From a virus (taxonomy: Duplodnaviria; Caudoviricetes): a stretch of 41,024 nucleotides of DNA. Shown in pieces: positions 24,984-34,979 of this stretch (its first letter is position 1; every line of letters begins with the position of its first letter). The DNA lies in IMG/VR virus record IMGVR_UViG_3300032246_001520, positions 1-41,024 of that record; one strand, written 5' to 3'. Position numbers and translations under genes: made by a program. The notes beneath the pieces were generated by a model, which ran no database searches, was not told where the DNA came from, and was given only the letters and a program-made list of their open reading frames with translations.

Positions 24984-25402
24984 ACCGTGAAATCCTACAG
25001 CAAGCGTTGGAAGATATTTGTGGAGCAAAATTATGCGAAATAAATTCAATGAGTAGCAGACACGAAATGATACGCTTAATGGATAACGCCATTGCAATAC
25101 TTAAAGCAGAGTTAGCCAAGCCTGAGCAAAATAAGCCTTTGAGATTATCACCGATGTACGAATATGGGCATATATATGATTCTGCACAACCTGAGCAAGA
25201 AATAATGCACATGAACACAGGCAGGCGACTGTCGGGCGCTAAAAATCCGTGGGTAGGGCTGACGGATGAGGAGATTGTTGGTTTATATCGCCAAATTGCA
25301 GATTGTAAAGAGTGGGCTATTGGCGGTCTTACACACGCTCTGCCTTTTGCCCATGCAATCGAAGCCAAATTAAGGAGTAAGAACGGTGACTCCACTCGTT
25401 AA
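24980..25402 (+). CDS. Modular hypothetical protein
   Basis: LQQALE...LAKPEQ...WVGLTDEEI...FAHAIEAKLRSKN. Confidence 0.68.
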   Translation: MNREILQQALEDICGAKLCEINSMSSRHEMIRLMDNAIAILKAELAKPEQNKPLRLSPMYEYGHIYDSAQPEQEIMHMNTGRRLSGAKNPWVGLTDEEIVGLYRQIADCKEWAIGGLTHALPFAHAIEAKLRSKNGDSTR

Positions 25403-26066
25403 GGAAATGGTCAAGCTAGTATCTATTGCCAATCTTGACCCGACAGAGATGCATTGGTTCGACGTTACTGGCGCAATTAAAGATTACATTGGTTGCGATC
25501 AGCGCAAGTACCTGTTGCATCCAGCACCGTATAAAAACATGGTGCTATGCGGTCGCACGACAGCAGGCGATTTTATGGTGTCTGTATTGGTTGACCAAGC
25601 CGCTACGATTGTAACGGGTTGGATTATTAAGCCAAACGGGTATAAAGTGCTTGGTTCATTTCTAATTGCTGAGCAAAATGGCGAGCCAAAAGTTGGTGAT
25701 GTTGATAAGCCAATAGACCCTCAAGACCGTTCAATGATGTGTGCAATTGTGGCAATGTTTTATGCGTCACTGGATATGGAAACGCAAGCGTATGTACCAA
25801 CGCCACATAAAGCAAATGTAAGCCGAGCCAAGCGTGGTTTAAAGCCTTTGTATGACTGGCATACAGTCGTGGTTAAGCCATCAAAGCCTAAGCAGGAGCA
25901 TAAAGGCGGCACACACGCAAGTCCACGCAGGCACCAAGCCAGAGGTCACTGGCGCACATACAAATCAGGCAAGCGAGGATGGGTGAAAGAGTGTTGGCGT
26001 GGCGATGCTAGTAAAGGTACTATTTTTAAAGACTACCAACTAAAGGAAAAAAACAGTGCAACCTAA
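25386..26066 (+). CDS. Hypothetical protein with basic H..RGHWR C-terminal motif
   Basis: GGTHASPRRHQARGHWR...WVKECWRGD; AAGGAG RBS, GTG start. Confidence 0.72.
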   Translation: MTPLVKEMVKLVSIANLDPTEMHWFDVTGAIKDYIGCDQRKYLLHPAPYKNMVLCGRTTAGDFMVSVLVDQAATIVTGWIIKPNGYKVLGSFLIAEQNGEPKVGDVDKPIDPQDRSMMCAIVAMFYASLDMETQAYVPTPHKANVSRAKRGLKPLYDWHTVVVKPSKPKQEHKGGTHASPRRHQARGHWRTYKSGKRGWVKECWRGDASKGTIFKDYQLKEKNSAT

Positions 26067-26274
26067 AACTAAAGCCCCGCTGTACCGACAGACTGTACCG
26101 CAAGAAGACCAAGGTAAAGTAATAACCAGTAGGTATTACAGCGTAAACCCCGAGACGCATCACTTAGGCATAATGCTGAACCCGTATTACAAAGAGTGCA
26201 ACATCCGCATTGATTGGGGTGTTGACGGTGGAATTTATAAAGTGGAGTGGCAAAACATGGAAAAGAAAGCATGA
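26056..26274 (+). CDS. Hypothetical protein
   Basis: AAGGA RBS, GTG start; fits the operon. Confidence 0.55.
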   Translation: MQPKTKAPLYRQTVPQEDQGKVITSRYYSVNPETHHLGIMLNPYYKECNIRIDWGVDGGIYKVEWQNMEKKA

Positions 26275-26456
26275 AAAGAGATGAACTATTCCGGCAATGG
26301 TACGATGCTCGTCTGGGCACCAAATCAGAAGGTTTTGCTTATGATGTTTGGTGTGCGGCATGGAAAGCGCACGAATCACTGTTTAATGAAGACGAGATTG
26401 AGCGTGACCGTTTAAACAGAGAGCAACTCCTTGCAGCACTTCATGCAACAAGATGA
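26271..26456 (+). CDS. Hypothetical protein
   Basis: MKRDELFRQWY...VWCAAW; ATGA overlaps. Confidence 0.6.
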   Translation: MKRDELFRQWYDARLGTKSEGFAYDVWCAAWKAHESLFNEDEIERDRLNREQLLAALHATR

Positions 26457-26716
26457 ATAAAGAACAGAGAAAACATTATGATAAATTGGCGCAATTGGGT
26501 TGCATTTTGTGTAGACACTTGGGATACGGCATATCGCCATGTGAGATGCACCACATACGCCACGCTGGCAAAAGAGATAACGCTCCGGTTATTGGACTGT
26601 GCCCTGAGCATCATCGTGGTAATACTGGAGTTCATGGAATGGGTCGCAAAGCTTTTGCAAGATGCTATGGCGTATCTGAAGAAGATCTGCTGGAACAAAC
26701 TAAAGAACTAATATGA
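26453..26716 (+). CDS. Ref-like (P1 recombination enhancement) HNH nuclease
   Basis: LGCILC...CEMHHIR...IGLCPEHHRG..GVHG.G. Confidence 0.78.
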   Translation: MNKEQRKHYDKLAQLGCILCRHLGYGISPCEMHHIRHAGKRDNAPVIGLCPEHHRGNTGVHGMGRKAFARCYGVSEEDLLEQTKELI

Positions 26717-26859
26717 AGATTTGCGTTAAATGCGGAAAATCTTTCCCGGAAAAAGACATGGTGCCCCGGATTAGAAAAGGGAAACGGATCGGGTCTGAGT
26801 GTTTAAACTGTCACAACAAAAGAACCGAACCCCTTTTTCAACGCAAGCCAGCAGACTGA
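26713..26859 (+). CDS. 48-aa zinc-finger protein
   Basis: Not in track. MKICVKCGK...SECLNCH; ATGA overlap; 3' end overlaps the convergent large gene. Confidence 0.55.
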   Translation: MKICVKCGKSFPEKDMVPRIRKGKRIGSECLNCHNKRTEPLFQRKPAD

Positions 26860-29800
26860 GCCAACTTAACCCCTTGCTGTGCGTACTGATTGTAGTATTG
26901 GGTTAGTTTATTGATTTCATCACGGCGCTGTTCTGCCGTTAACCCTGCACCATTTTCTTTGTAATAATTAATCTGCGCCCTGATCTTGGTCATGCCTTCC
27001 ATGACTTTTCTTAAAGATGGTTCAACAGCCATTTGCTTGCGGTTTTCCACATCCTCCATATACTCCTGAGCATCTTTTAATAAACCCTTCTTTTTCATAT
27101 CATTGAAGGCACTAACCGTTTCACGGGCTGAGTGCTCAATCTTATAAAAATCAGATACAGCCTTGCTCATATTCGGGTCTGTTAGGAAAGGCTTCATGAC
27201 TTGCATTTGCTCAAAGTTTTTAGCGGGAGGCTCTTTACCCTCTGCGGCGTAAATCACAGAATCCATCATGCCAGTCGAGAAGGTTCCAAGCTCAGCGAAG
27301 TAACCCTGAATCAGATGATCAATTTTTGCAGGTGAAAGGTTTAAACTGTCTAAGCCCATCGCGCTCAACATTTTTGCTGTTTCAGAAGCTCTTGCGCCGC
27401 GTTTTGCCACCGGTAAAGCTTGATCGCTCATTCCCTCTATGGGATTGCCAGTGAAGAATGAATGGTTTGATACCGCTTCAATCAATGGCTTGGTTGCCTG
27501 AGAGAGGATAATGCCACCACCCGGCAAGTTTTGGATAAGACCAGATTTGTAAGATGCAATAACCTCTTTGCCCGTTGCAGAGCCAAACAAGTAGCGAACC
27601 GCAACTTCTGGAATAGTCTTAAATAAGAAACCAACTTCAAATGGCACAGCAACTTTAATAAATCCTTTATCAGTAGGACTTGGAATTAGCCAGTTGTTGT
27701 CTTTAACATAGTCAGGAATCTCTTCATAATCCTCATCGCCTTGAAGCATCATTGCGTAAACGGTGGCAAGCGTAACCATCATCATGGCACGTCGTTTAAA
27801 CTGCGCTTGAGCTTCCTGTTTTTCTTTTCCAGACAATCCATAACCCGTTGCGGCGCGATAAACAGTGTCGAGAGATGTGATTGCCGCCGAGAAGAACGGA
27901 ATCATGTGCCGTAGCTGATTCAGGGTATTGCTATTCCCATGAACAGAGAAGTTGATAGACTCACGCGCTTTAAACACCCCGTAGTTAATTGCTTGTTCTG
28001 GGGTCATGTTTTGTTTTAACCCTGCCGCTCTAGCCTTCTTAAATATCTCAACGCGAGTTGCGGCATCAGACGCCTCATGGATTTGCATGAGCTTATGGAA
28101 CATGGCTTGCATCTTACTTGGGCTGGCTTTTTCTTTACCAACCTCATTTAAGAACTGCTGCATAGACTGGGTGCTGTCATACTGACCAATTACACCATGA
28201 CGAGCCAGTATCTTCGCCTCTTCTGAGTTATTTCTTAATACCTCAATGAAGCCCCGTGCGGCATGAAATGGGGTAACTGTGGTGTTGGTGACAATCGCGG
28301 CGTGTAATGGATCGCGCACCAGCTGCTTAAGCCAGAACATAGGGTTTAACAACGCACCAATACGCAATGTCTTAGTTAACCCCGACGCAATCTTCATGAT
28401 TGGATTGAGTTCATAGCTCATCATTTGGAATGCCGCGACATCATTTGGATTCTCAACAATGGCACCAATGATCTTTCCGTTTTCCTTATAGCGAAGATTT
28501 ATTCTGACATCATTAGGATTTTTTGCTAACTCAGCAAAGCCACTTCCAAGGCTCATCAATTGCTCAATAGCCACTTTTTTGGTTTGGTTCTCATAAGCTG
28601 CCGCGACAGTAGCCGCATAATGCTTATCAAGGTTTTCCCAGATGTTGCGCTCGTCTAGTGCGCCTTTTAATTCATAGCCCTTTTCAACCGACTTAGCACT
28701 CTTTCCTAGTGCGTGGAAGATCGAGTCTCCTAGGTCTTCGCGTGACTTGTACAAGGGCACATAGCTTTTGTTCTTGCGGAACTGGTCAGCTTGTTCTTTG
28801 CTGATGTTGCCAACCGATTCGGACAAGTTGATCAGCGACTCATTAACTTCGCGCCAGATGTTTAAAATTTCATTAACCTGTGGCACCTGCGCAAGCTGTT
28901 GATGCGCCCACGCAATCGCTTCAGGCGTGACTTGAAGCTCCCTGTTCTTGTGCTTGGGGTCGGTCTTTCTCTTTTGAATATCTTCTGCAATAATCTCTTC
29001 GCCCCGTAAGATACGTGCAATTTCAGCCATGTACTGGCGACCAGAGATTGTTTGACCATTTGGCTTTCTAGCGAGGACATTTGGATGCTTATCAAGCGCG
29101 TCAGCTAGTACCATCGTTCTGGCTAAGTTTGCTTTGCTTTCCTTAACCACTAAAGAACCGTCACTGTTCACAACAATGTGCCCAGATAACAGACCATTCT
29201 TAATTAAGTTAATGGCTTGAGCCTTGGCATGATTCAACATGTCGGCGCGAAGGGTGCCATTCATATTGAACTGGGGTAATGTTGCTAAGCGTTTAGACAA
29301 ACCTGAGCTTGGGTCAATAAAAGCAATGCGGGCTTTTTCCCAGAAATCGCTACTCTTGTAGCCATTAATAATAGCTTCACCAACTGCGCTAATTTGTTGA
29401 CCGGCAGTCTGCTGTTTGCCTAGCTTAGTGATTAAAGGCTTATTGGCATAGCTGTAGCGAATGTCTTTTGACTCGCGACTAAACGCGCCAGTGTTGCCAA
29501 TGGCTGATTTAATCTGATTAGGATCGTAAACGGCTAGGTTTTTATACCCACCTTCCTTTATGTAAAAACTATCAAAACCGGCATTCTTAATAGCTTCTTG
29601 TGTTTTCCTGTCTTCTATAGTCCCCCAATCACCAAAAGCAATGTCTTCTTTATCACTAGGGGATATATCAAGCGCACTTACGTGCTTTGGATTTTCATAG
29701 TCAAATGGGTTTTCTGCTCTGACGTACACAGGCATAACGTTGCCATGCGAAGGCAACATAGCTGTAAGAACCTCTCGCATTTCTTCATCAACCGCAGCAG

Positions 29801-32800
29801 GCTGAAGCTGAAAGATTTCATTTGGCGAATTCTTTATGAAGTCCCGCACCTCTTTCTCTTCATTTTTGGAAAGAGTGCCTTTTTGTTTTGCCAAGGCAAG
29901 AGATTTTCTAAGTACGTCAACTTTTTGTTTTTCAGACATGCCGTTGAACAATTCTCTAACCATATAGTTTTCACTGCCGGACGCGAATCCTTCAGCGAAT
30001 CTTGGGCTATCTGTAACAAAGATTGCACCCGCCTGTTGAGGGCGAAACTCAGTAATATCCCGTGCAGTGCCGTGGTACATCACCTTCGGTGAGCCGTCAG
30101 GGTTTGTAATCTTGCTTTTGCCAAACCACTGTTTAAACGCAGGAGTTGCTGGAGCCTTTAACGAGTATTTGGTACTTTTACCGCTTGAACTGACCACCTG
30201 TCCTGATGGCTTGTTTTCGCCTCGATATCTGCCAACTGCCGCTTTAACATGTTCACTGACGGGCTGTCCAAACCATGCTTTGCTTCCAACCGCTTGATTG
30301 AATCCTTGATGTTTTGCACCAATGTACTCATTATAATTTTCCTTTCCAATAACAATAGTATCGTAATCCACCAGTGCGGCATGTGCGACATTAGGCTGCT
30401 GAGCTACTTCAGCAACAATTTCCGCAAGCAGATCGCGCTTTTCTTCTAAAACCTTTTTGAGTTCCTCTGGATTGGTTAATTGATCGCGTAGACCTTCATC
30501 CCAACGCATTGATATTTCTGGTGAATATTGAAGTCTAACACCGATAAATGCATTGGCTTGGTCTTTTGATCGCGGATCAACTGCTAAAGTAAATCCATCT
30601 TGACCTTTGTCTGTAAACCGCTTAAGTATTGGAAGAACAGCATTGAAATCTTGTTCTGTGCGGAAATAAACTTCAGCGCCCGGTCTAGCATTCTCGCTCT
30701 CTTCGTTTGGAGCCAACGCCCTAGATATGAAAAAGTCGTATTGATTTTCTTTTTTTGACGTGTTTGCAAGAATTGAAATAATAGGTGATGGATCAAACTT
30801 ACCTTTTTCAGCAACCCATTCCGTATCAAAAGAGTTCTCAACAGTATTTCCGTAAAGACCTTTGGTTTCCTTTGATTTAAACGCGATGACAGATTTATCT
30901 AGACCTAAGATGTCAATGATCTGGCTTTTTGCTGAATAAACAGCTTCAATTCCCGGGGCAACGTCACCTTGTTGGACAGAGTGCCCAGCTATATACCGAT
31001 CTACTGGACTATGTTCAAGATTTTCTTCAAATGAACCACCCTCACCCAAAACGGAAGTCCAGTTTTTCTTAGTCCACAATTCTTTTTCTGCAAACCAAGC
31101 TATTGCTTGCAAATCTGGTGGACTTACATTAAAGCCTTTTTTCTTTAAATCTTGAGAAACCTTATCCAACACTGCTGCGCCAAAACCAAACTCACCTGTA
31201 ACCGCAGTGGCATTGGCATTCCATTGACCAGATACACCCTGTTCTGCGGGTGGCGGTATTCGTTTAAACGACCCTTTGCTTGCGGCATCTGCGGCGCGTC
31301 GCAACATCCTAGCAGCCCATACGTCGATGGTTGCCATGTTTGATTGACCAATAAGGTTTAATGCAAAATTACGAGCTTTTGGGGCTTGCCCGGGAACAAT
31401 GGCTCGCCACATATCAGCAAGTGCAAGCATAGCATTGGTGGAATTCATGCCATAAAGCTTCCCGCTTATCTGGCGAATTTTATCTTGCGCCGGATACTTG
31501 GATACTTGCCCATTATTAGCCAAGTACTTATCAAACTTTTTCATTTCCTCATCAAAATCACCGCGAACAAATCTTTTCATTACATCCATTGAAAAACGGA
31601 AGTTTGTATCAACCGGTGTATTTGGGCTTGTGGCACCCAATAAGTCAGAAAGCAAATCACCAAAGGAACCATATTCGGAACGTAATTTTTGAGCAACGCC
31701 CTTGTACCAAGATTGGTGCGCAATAATTTTTTTTGCGGTTTCATCGCCAGCTTTGGCTCTTCTATATATACCAATAATTAACTTTGAGAACTGACCGGCA
31801 ACCTTATTTAGCCACTCCTGATCAACTTTAGATGGTGCTTTTTTTGCCCCGGGTGGCGCGGCATAGCCGTATGGAGTGGCTTGATATTTTGGCTTTTCGG
31901 TGCCGGGTATTGGATTGCCTTTGTCATCTAATTTTTGTTCAATACCTATTGCAGTTAAAGCAGACCAACCTAAAGAAGCTGGGAACCGTTTTTTTGTTTC
32001 CTTAATATTTTTAACAATTAAGTTGGTTTGCTCTTCCGTGAGATTTAATCTAGAAGCGTCAGCAAGAACCCTTTCCATTTCTACTTCTGTAAGGTTTACT
32101 TTTTTTGCAAGCTTGCGTTGCTCTCGTTCCACATCAAGTTTGTATTTATTTTCATTTAACGAAAATTTGCGATTAGAAGCCGACTCGCTTACTGGCTTAT
32201 ACTCACCCTCTTCTATTTTTTGGAAGATATCCTCTGGCGAGGTAAAACCCTCACCCCGGAATGCGCGAGCAATCGCTGCAAACAAGTTGTTTAAACGGTG
32301 CATGAGGTTTGCAATGAAACCTGCTGGCGGTTTTGTTTGGGTGTAATACCTAAACGCTTCAGCAATAGCTTCTTCTTGCATGTACTGGTCAAAACCTTCC
32401 ATATTGCCGTTTTCGGCTAGGTATTGGTTTTTGTACAACTGCTGCATTTCAGGACTATAAAACTGATTGATCCACTGGTCTTGTGCTTTCTTAGACAGTA
32501 TCTTCCATTCAGCATCCGTAAACGCACCCATCGCCTTTAAGGCATGGATAGTCTCATGGCGCAACACACCCAGCGGGTTTTCTGCTGTCAGTGCGATAGT
32601 GATAAGGTTTTGCGAATAAGCGCCGTCTGCCTTGCCATCATCAATACTATGAGCCAGACGCAACCCAACGCCCTCAAGACCAAACTTCTTCATTGCAGGC
32701 AAAAGTACAGAACGAATCTTTGACAGCTTGCCTTTGACATCTGGGTTGTACCCAATCCCGCTCATGTCCCACAAGCGTTGCGCCGACCCTTCTAGACCCT

Positions 32801-34970
32801 GCTTGGTGGTAATTCCTTTGTTTATCTCTGGGTTTGCGCGAGAAGCAAGTTCTTGTTCAGCCAATACGCCATAACGCTTTGCAAGTAAACCGCGCTGATA
32901 CGGGGCAGACTCAACGGTGCGCTTGAGAATATCATCGTCTTGTTTGGTAATGCCATAACGTTCTGCTTGATATTGGTCATCGAACTTAGCAACCGGCTCA
33001 TCGTTCTCGTAATAAACATATTGTTCGGCAGTTGTTCCATCTGGCTGTTTAAACATCTGGCGTCGAATATCCATCCCGCCGGGCAACGGCGGAACATTTT
33101 CTGCTGGTTTAAACGCAGGAACTAACTTCTCTTCGCCATTGACCTTAACTTTTTGGTCAACCTGCTCAATATGTCCATCTCGAATGGCTTGCCTGAGAAT
33201 GCGATCAGCATCCCAGTCATTCTTTAAGTTTGTGAAGTCTTTGATTTCTTCAAGTAAGGCTTGCCTACCAAGTGGCTTTCCTCCAACGTCTTCAAATCCA
33301 AACTTAAGTCCGTTGATGGCTTTGTTATATTGCTCCGGCGTGTAATGCGTAGCATTTGATATATCAGGCGGTAAGATTTGTTTTTCATTAAACGCCTCGA
33401 CTTGGTTAAGCGCCTTTAATGCGGCAAAGCGCTGTGGGTAAGACATGCTCTTTAAATCTTCTGCCCCAGTCGCACGACGCAAGAAATCTCTAAACCCGAC
33501 GGTGCTTGAGTCAATATTCTTTTCTTCAGCGGCTTTTGTTACTTCACTCGGGGTAACCTTCTCGCCTTGATATCCTGTCTGAGCCGCGACAATACTTTCA
33601 ATTACCCCTTTACCGGGGCTAACAGCAGCAACATCCTCAATGGAAAATTGCTGACCAAGCTTAGGCATCCCCATATCAGCACGTAGCTGATTTAAGTTTT
33701 TAATTTGCTCTGGGTTGAACTGGCTTTGATTCAATGTGCCCAAAGGATTAAGCAACATTGGGTGGATATCAGGCTGTTTAAACTCTTCGCCGGGCTTCCC
33801 AAGCATCAATGTGCCGGGTGCTTTTGTTTCGGTTTCTTCGACTTGTTCAACTTGCGGTGGGGGCGGTGCAAGTTCTTCTTGCTGTTTGGCTCTCAATCCA
33901 CCGACCGTACCGGGCAATACCGACATACCAAATGCGGCGGCGGCTGTATTGATGTAATTCTCAATTGCCTTTTTGTCTGTTAAAGGCAAGTTGGAACCAT
34001 ACAATTCCATCGCACTCTGCAAGACTTCAGGAGGAACTTCTTTAGCGCCCGTAACAAGAACGTTCTTGGTCACGTTCATCAACATGTTTTTGGTTGGTGC
34101 TGCAAGACCATCCAGAGCGTTTAAACCAATCTTGTTAGCTAGGTAATCTGCACCGGCATGGATAACAGCTGCCGGGACAACATGACCCAAATCTATATCG
34201 CGAGCAGTTAATCCTTGCTCTTGGGCTGTTTGAACGGCTTGGCTTGTCACCTCTCCAGCGCCGTGTACAGCAGCTTGACCTACCATCCCGGCTGTACTAC
34301 CAATGGCTTTCTTAGCCTGAGATTCAGCAATTGCTTTAACTTCATCGCTGACAACCTTTTTGGCTTCAGCTTCGATAAAGGCTTCTGCCGCGTCCTTGCC
34401 CCGCTCACGCAGTACAACTTCTGCCGCTTCTTTAATGCCCTTTTTAATAAGCTGTTTACTAACCAATCCGGTTAAACCACCGCCAACGCTACCGGCACCG
34501 GGCAATATTGCACTGCCTAACGCTGCACCGCCAACTGATGTTGCAATTGTCTCAAGCACGTTCGCCGCGCCAGAACCCATTTGATATGGAAGCCAATCAG
34601 TGATGACCGTCCCAATGCCCTTATCCCATGCATTTAAAAACTCATCGGTGGGTTTGCTTATTTTTTGCTGTGCAGCATTAGCTTCGGCAATATTCTTTGC
34701 ACCATGCTCAATAAGGTATTTAGATACATCACCTTCGCCTAAAAGCTTTTCGGCACCAACCCCTAATAGGGTTTGGGCGCCGCCAAACACTTCTTGCGTG
34801 GCTGGGAGGTAAGACTTGAAGCCCCGAACAAGATCACCTTGTTCTGGCTCCGGCGGCTTAGGCTGGTAGTTTTGTGCCGCAAAGGCAAGAATGTCACGCT
34901 CTGAAGCCCCCTCGGGAGCTTCAACTTTAATTATCTGCCCGTCCGGGGTGTTGACTTCATGAATTGGCAT
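26838..34970 (-). CDS. Large polyvalent internal virion protein (metallopeptidase, glycosylase-like, ADP-ribosyltransferase, LPD38-like domains)
   Basis: LRHETIHAL; ATSPNTPV...PKARNFALNL...TIDVW...LQAIAW; FKQWFGKSKI...MYHGT...VMPVYV...PNQIKSA.GN.G.F; C-terminal PDYVKDNNW...PFEVG...FTGNPI...KIDHLIQGY. Confidence 0.82.
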   Translation of the reverse strand: MPIHEVNTPDGQIIKVEAPEGASERDILAFAAQNYQPKPPEPEQGDLVRGFKSYLPATQEVFGGAQTLLGVGAEKLLGEGDVSKYLIEHGAKNIAEANAAQQKISKPTDEFLNAWDKGIGTVITDWLPYQMGSGAANVLETIATSVGGAALGSAILPGAGSVGGGLTGLVSKQLIKKGIKEAAEVVLRERGKDAAEAFIEAEAKKVVSDEVKAIAESQAKKAIGSTAGMVGQAAVHGAGEVTSQAVQTAQEQGLTARDIDLGHVVPAAVIHAGADYLANKIGLNALDGLAAPTKNMLMNVTKNVLVTGAKEVPPEVLQSAMELYGSNLPLTDKKAIENYINTAAAAFGMSVLPGTVGGLRAKQQEELAPPPPQVEQVEETETKAPGTLMLGKPGEEFKQPDIHPMLLNPLGTLNQSQFNPEQIKNLNQLRADMGMPKLGQQFSIEDVAAVSPGKGVIESIVAAQTGYQGEKVTPSEVTKAAEEKNIDSSTVGFRDFLRRATGAEDLKSMSYPQRFAALKALNQVEAFNEKQILPPDISNATHYTPEQYNKAINGLKFGFEDVGGKPLGRQALLEEIKDFTNLKNDWDADRILRQAIRDGHIEQVDQKVKVNGEEKLVPAFKPAENVPPLPGGMDIRRQMFKQPDGTTAEQYVYYENDEPVAKFDDQYQAERYGITKQDDDILKRTVESAPYQRGLLAKRYGVLAEQELASRANPEINKGITTKQGLEGSAQRLWDMSGIGYNPDVKGKLSKIRSVLLPAMKKFGLEGVGLRLAHSIDDGKADGAYSQNLITIALTAENPLGVLRHETIHALKAMGAFTDAEWKILSKKAQDQWINQFYSPEMQQLYKNQYLAENGNMEGFDQYMQEEAIAEAFRYYTQTKPPAGFIANLMHRLNNLFAAIARAFRGEGFTSPEDIFQKIEEGEYKPVSESASNRKFSLNENKYKLDVEREQRKLAKKVNLTEVEMERVLADASRLNLTEEQTNLIVKNIKETKKRFPASLGWSALTAIGIEQKLDDKGNPIPGTEKPKYQATPYGYAAPPGAKKAPSKVDQEWLNKVAGQFSKLIIGIYRRAKAGDETAKKIIAHQSWYKGVAQKLRSEYGSFGDLLSDLLGATSPNTPVDTNFRFSMDVMKRFVRGDFDEEMKKFDKYLANNGQVSKYPAQDKIRQISGKLYGMNSTNAMLALADMWRAIVPGQAPKARNFALNLIGQSNMATIDVWAARMLRRAADAASKGSFKRIPPPAEQGVSGQWNANATAVTGEFGFGAAVLDKVSQDLKKKGFNVSPPDLQAIAWFAEKELWTKKNWTSVLGEGGSFEENLEHSPVDRYIAGHSVQQGDVAPGIEAVYSAKSQIIDILGLDKSVIAFKSKETKGLYGNTVENSFDTEWVAEKGKFDPSPIISILANTSKKENQYDFFISRALAPNEESENARPGAEVYFRTEQDFNAVLPILKRFTDKGQDGFTLAVDPRSKDQANAFIGVRLQYSPEISMRWDEGLRDQLTNPEELKKVLEEKRDLLAEIVAEVAQQPNVAHAALVDYDTIVIGKENYNEYIGAKHQGFNQAVGSKAWFGQPVSEHVKAAVGRYRGENKPSGQVVSSSGKSTKYSLKAPATPAFKQWFGKSKITNPDGSPKVMYHGTARDITEFRPQQAGAIFVTDSPRFAEGFASGSENYMVRELFNGMSEKQKVDVLRKSLALAKQKGTLSKNEEKEVRDFIKNSPNEIFQLQPAAVDEEMREVLTAMLPSHGNVMPVYVRAENPFDYENPKHVSALDISPSDKEDIAFGDWGTIEDRKTQEAIKNAGFDSFYIKEGGYKNLAVYDPNQIKSAIGNTGAFSRESKDIRYSYANKPLITKLGKQQTAGQQISAVGEAIINGYKSSDFWEKARIAFIDPSSGLSKRLATLPQFNMNGTLRADMLNHAKAQAINLIKNGLLSGHIVVNSDGSLVVKESKANLARTMVLADALDKHPNVLARKPNGQTISGRQYMAEIARILRGEEIIAEDIQKRKTDPKHKNRELQVTPEAIAWAHQQLAQVPQVNEILNIWREVNESLINLSESVGNISKEQADQFRKNKSYVPLYKSREDLGDSIFHALGKSAKSVEKGYELKGALDERNIWENLDKHYAATVAAAYENQTKKVAIEQLMSLGSGFAELAKNPNDVRINLRYKENGKIIGAIVENPNDVAAFQMMSYELNPIMKIASGLTKTLRIGALLNPMFWLKQLVRDPLHAAIVTNTTVTPFHAARGFIEVLRNNSEEAKILARHGVIGQYDSTQSMQQFLNEVGKEKASPSKMQAMFHKLMQIHEASDAATRVEIFKKARAAGLKQNMTPEQAINYGVFKARESINFSVHGNSNTLNQLRHMIPFFSAAITSLDTVYRAATGYGLSGKEKQEAQAQFKRRAMMMVTLATVYAMMLQGDEDYEEIPDYVKDNNWLIPSPTDKGFIKVAVPFEVGFLFKTIPEVAVRYLFGSATGKEVIASYKSGLIQNLPGGGIILSQATKPLIEAVSNHSFFTGNPIEGMSDQALPVAKRGARASETAKMLSAMGLDSLNLSPAKIDHLIQGYFAELGTFSTGMMDSVIYAAEGKEPPAKNFEQMQVMKPFLTDPNMSKAVSDFYKIEHSARETVSAFNDMKKKGLLKDAQEYMEDVENRKQMAVEPSLRKVMEGMTKIRAQINYYKENGAGLTAEQRRDEINKLTQYYNQYAQQGVKLAQSAGLR

Positions 34971-34979
34971 AACAATCCT

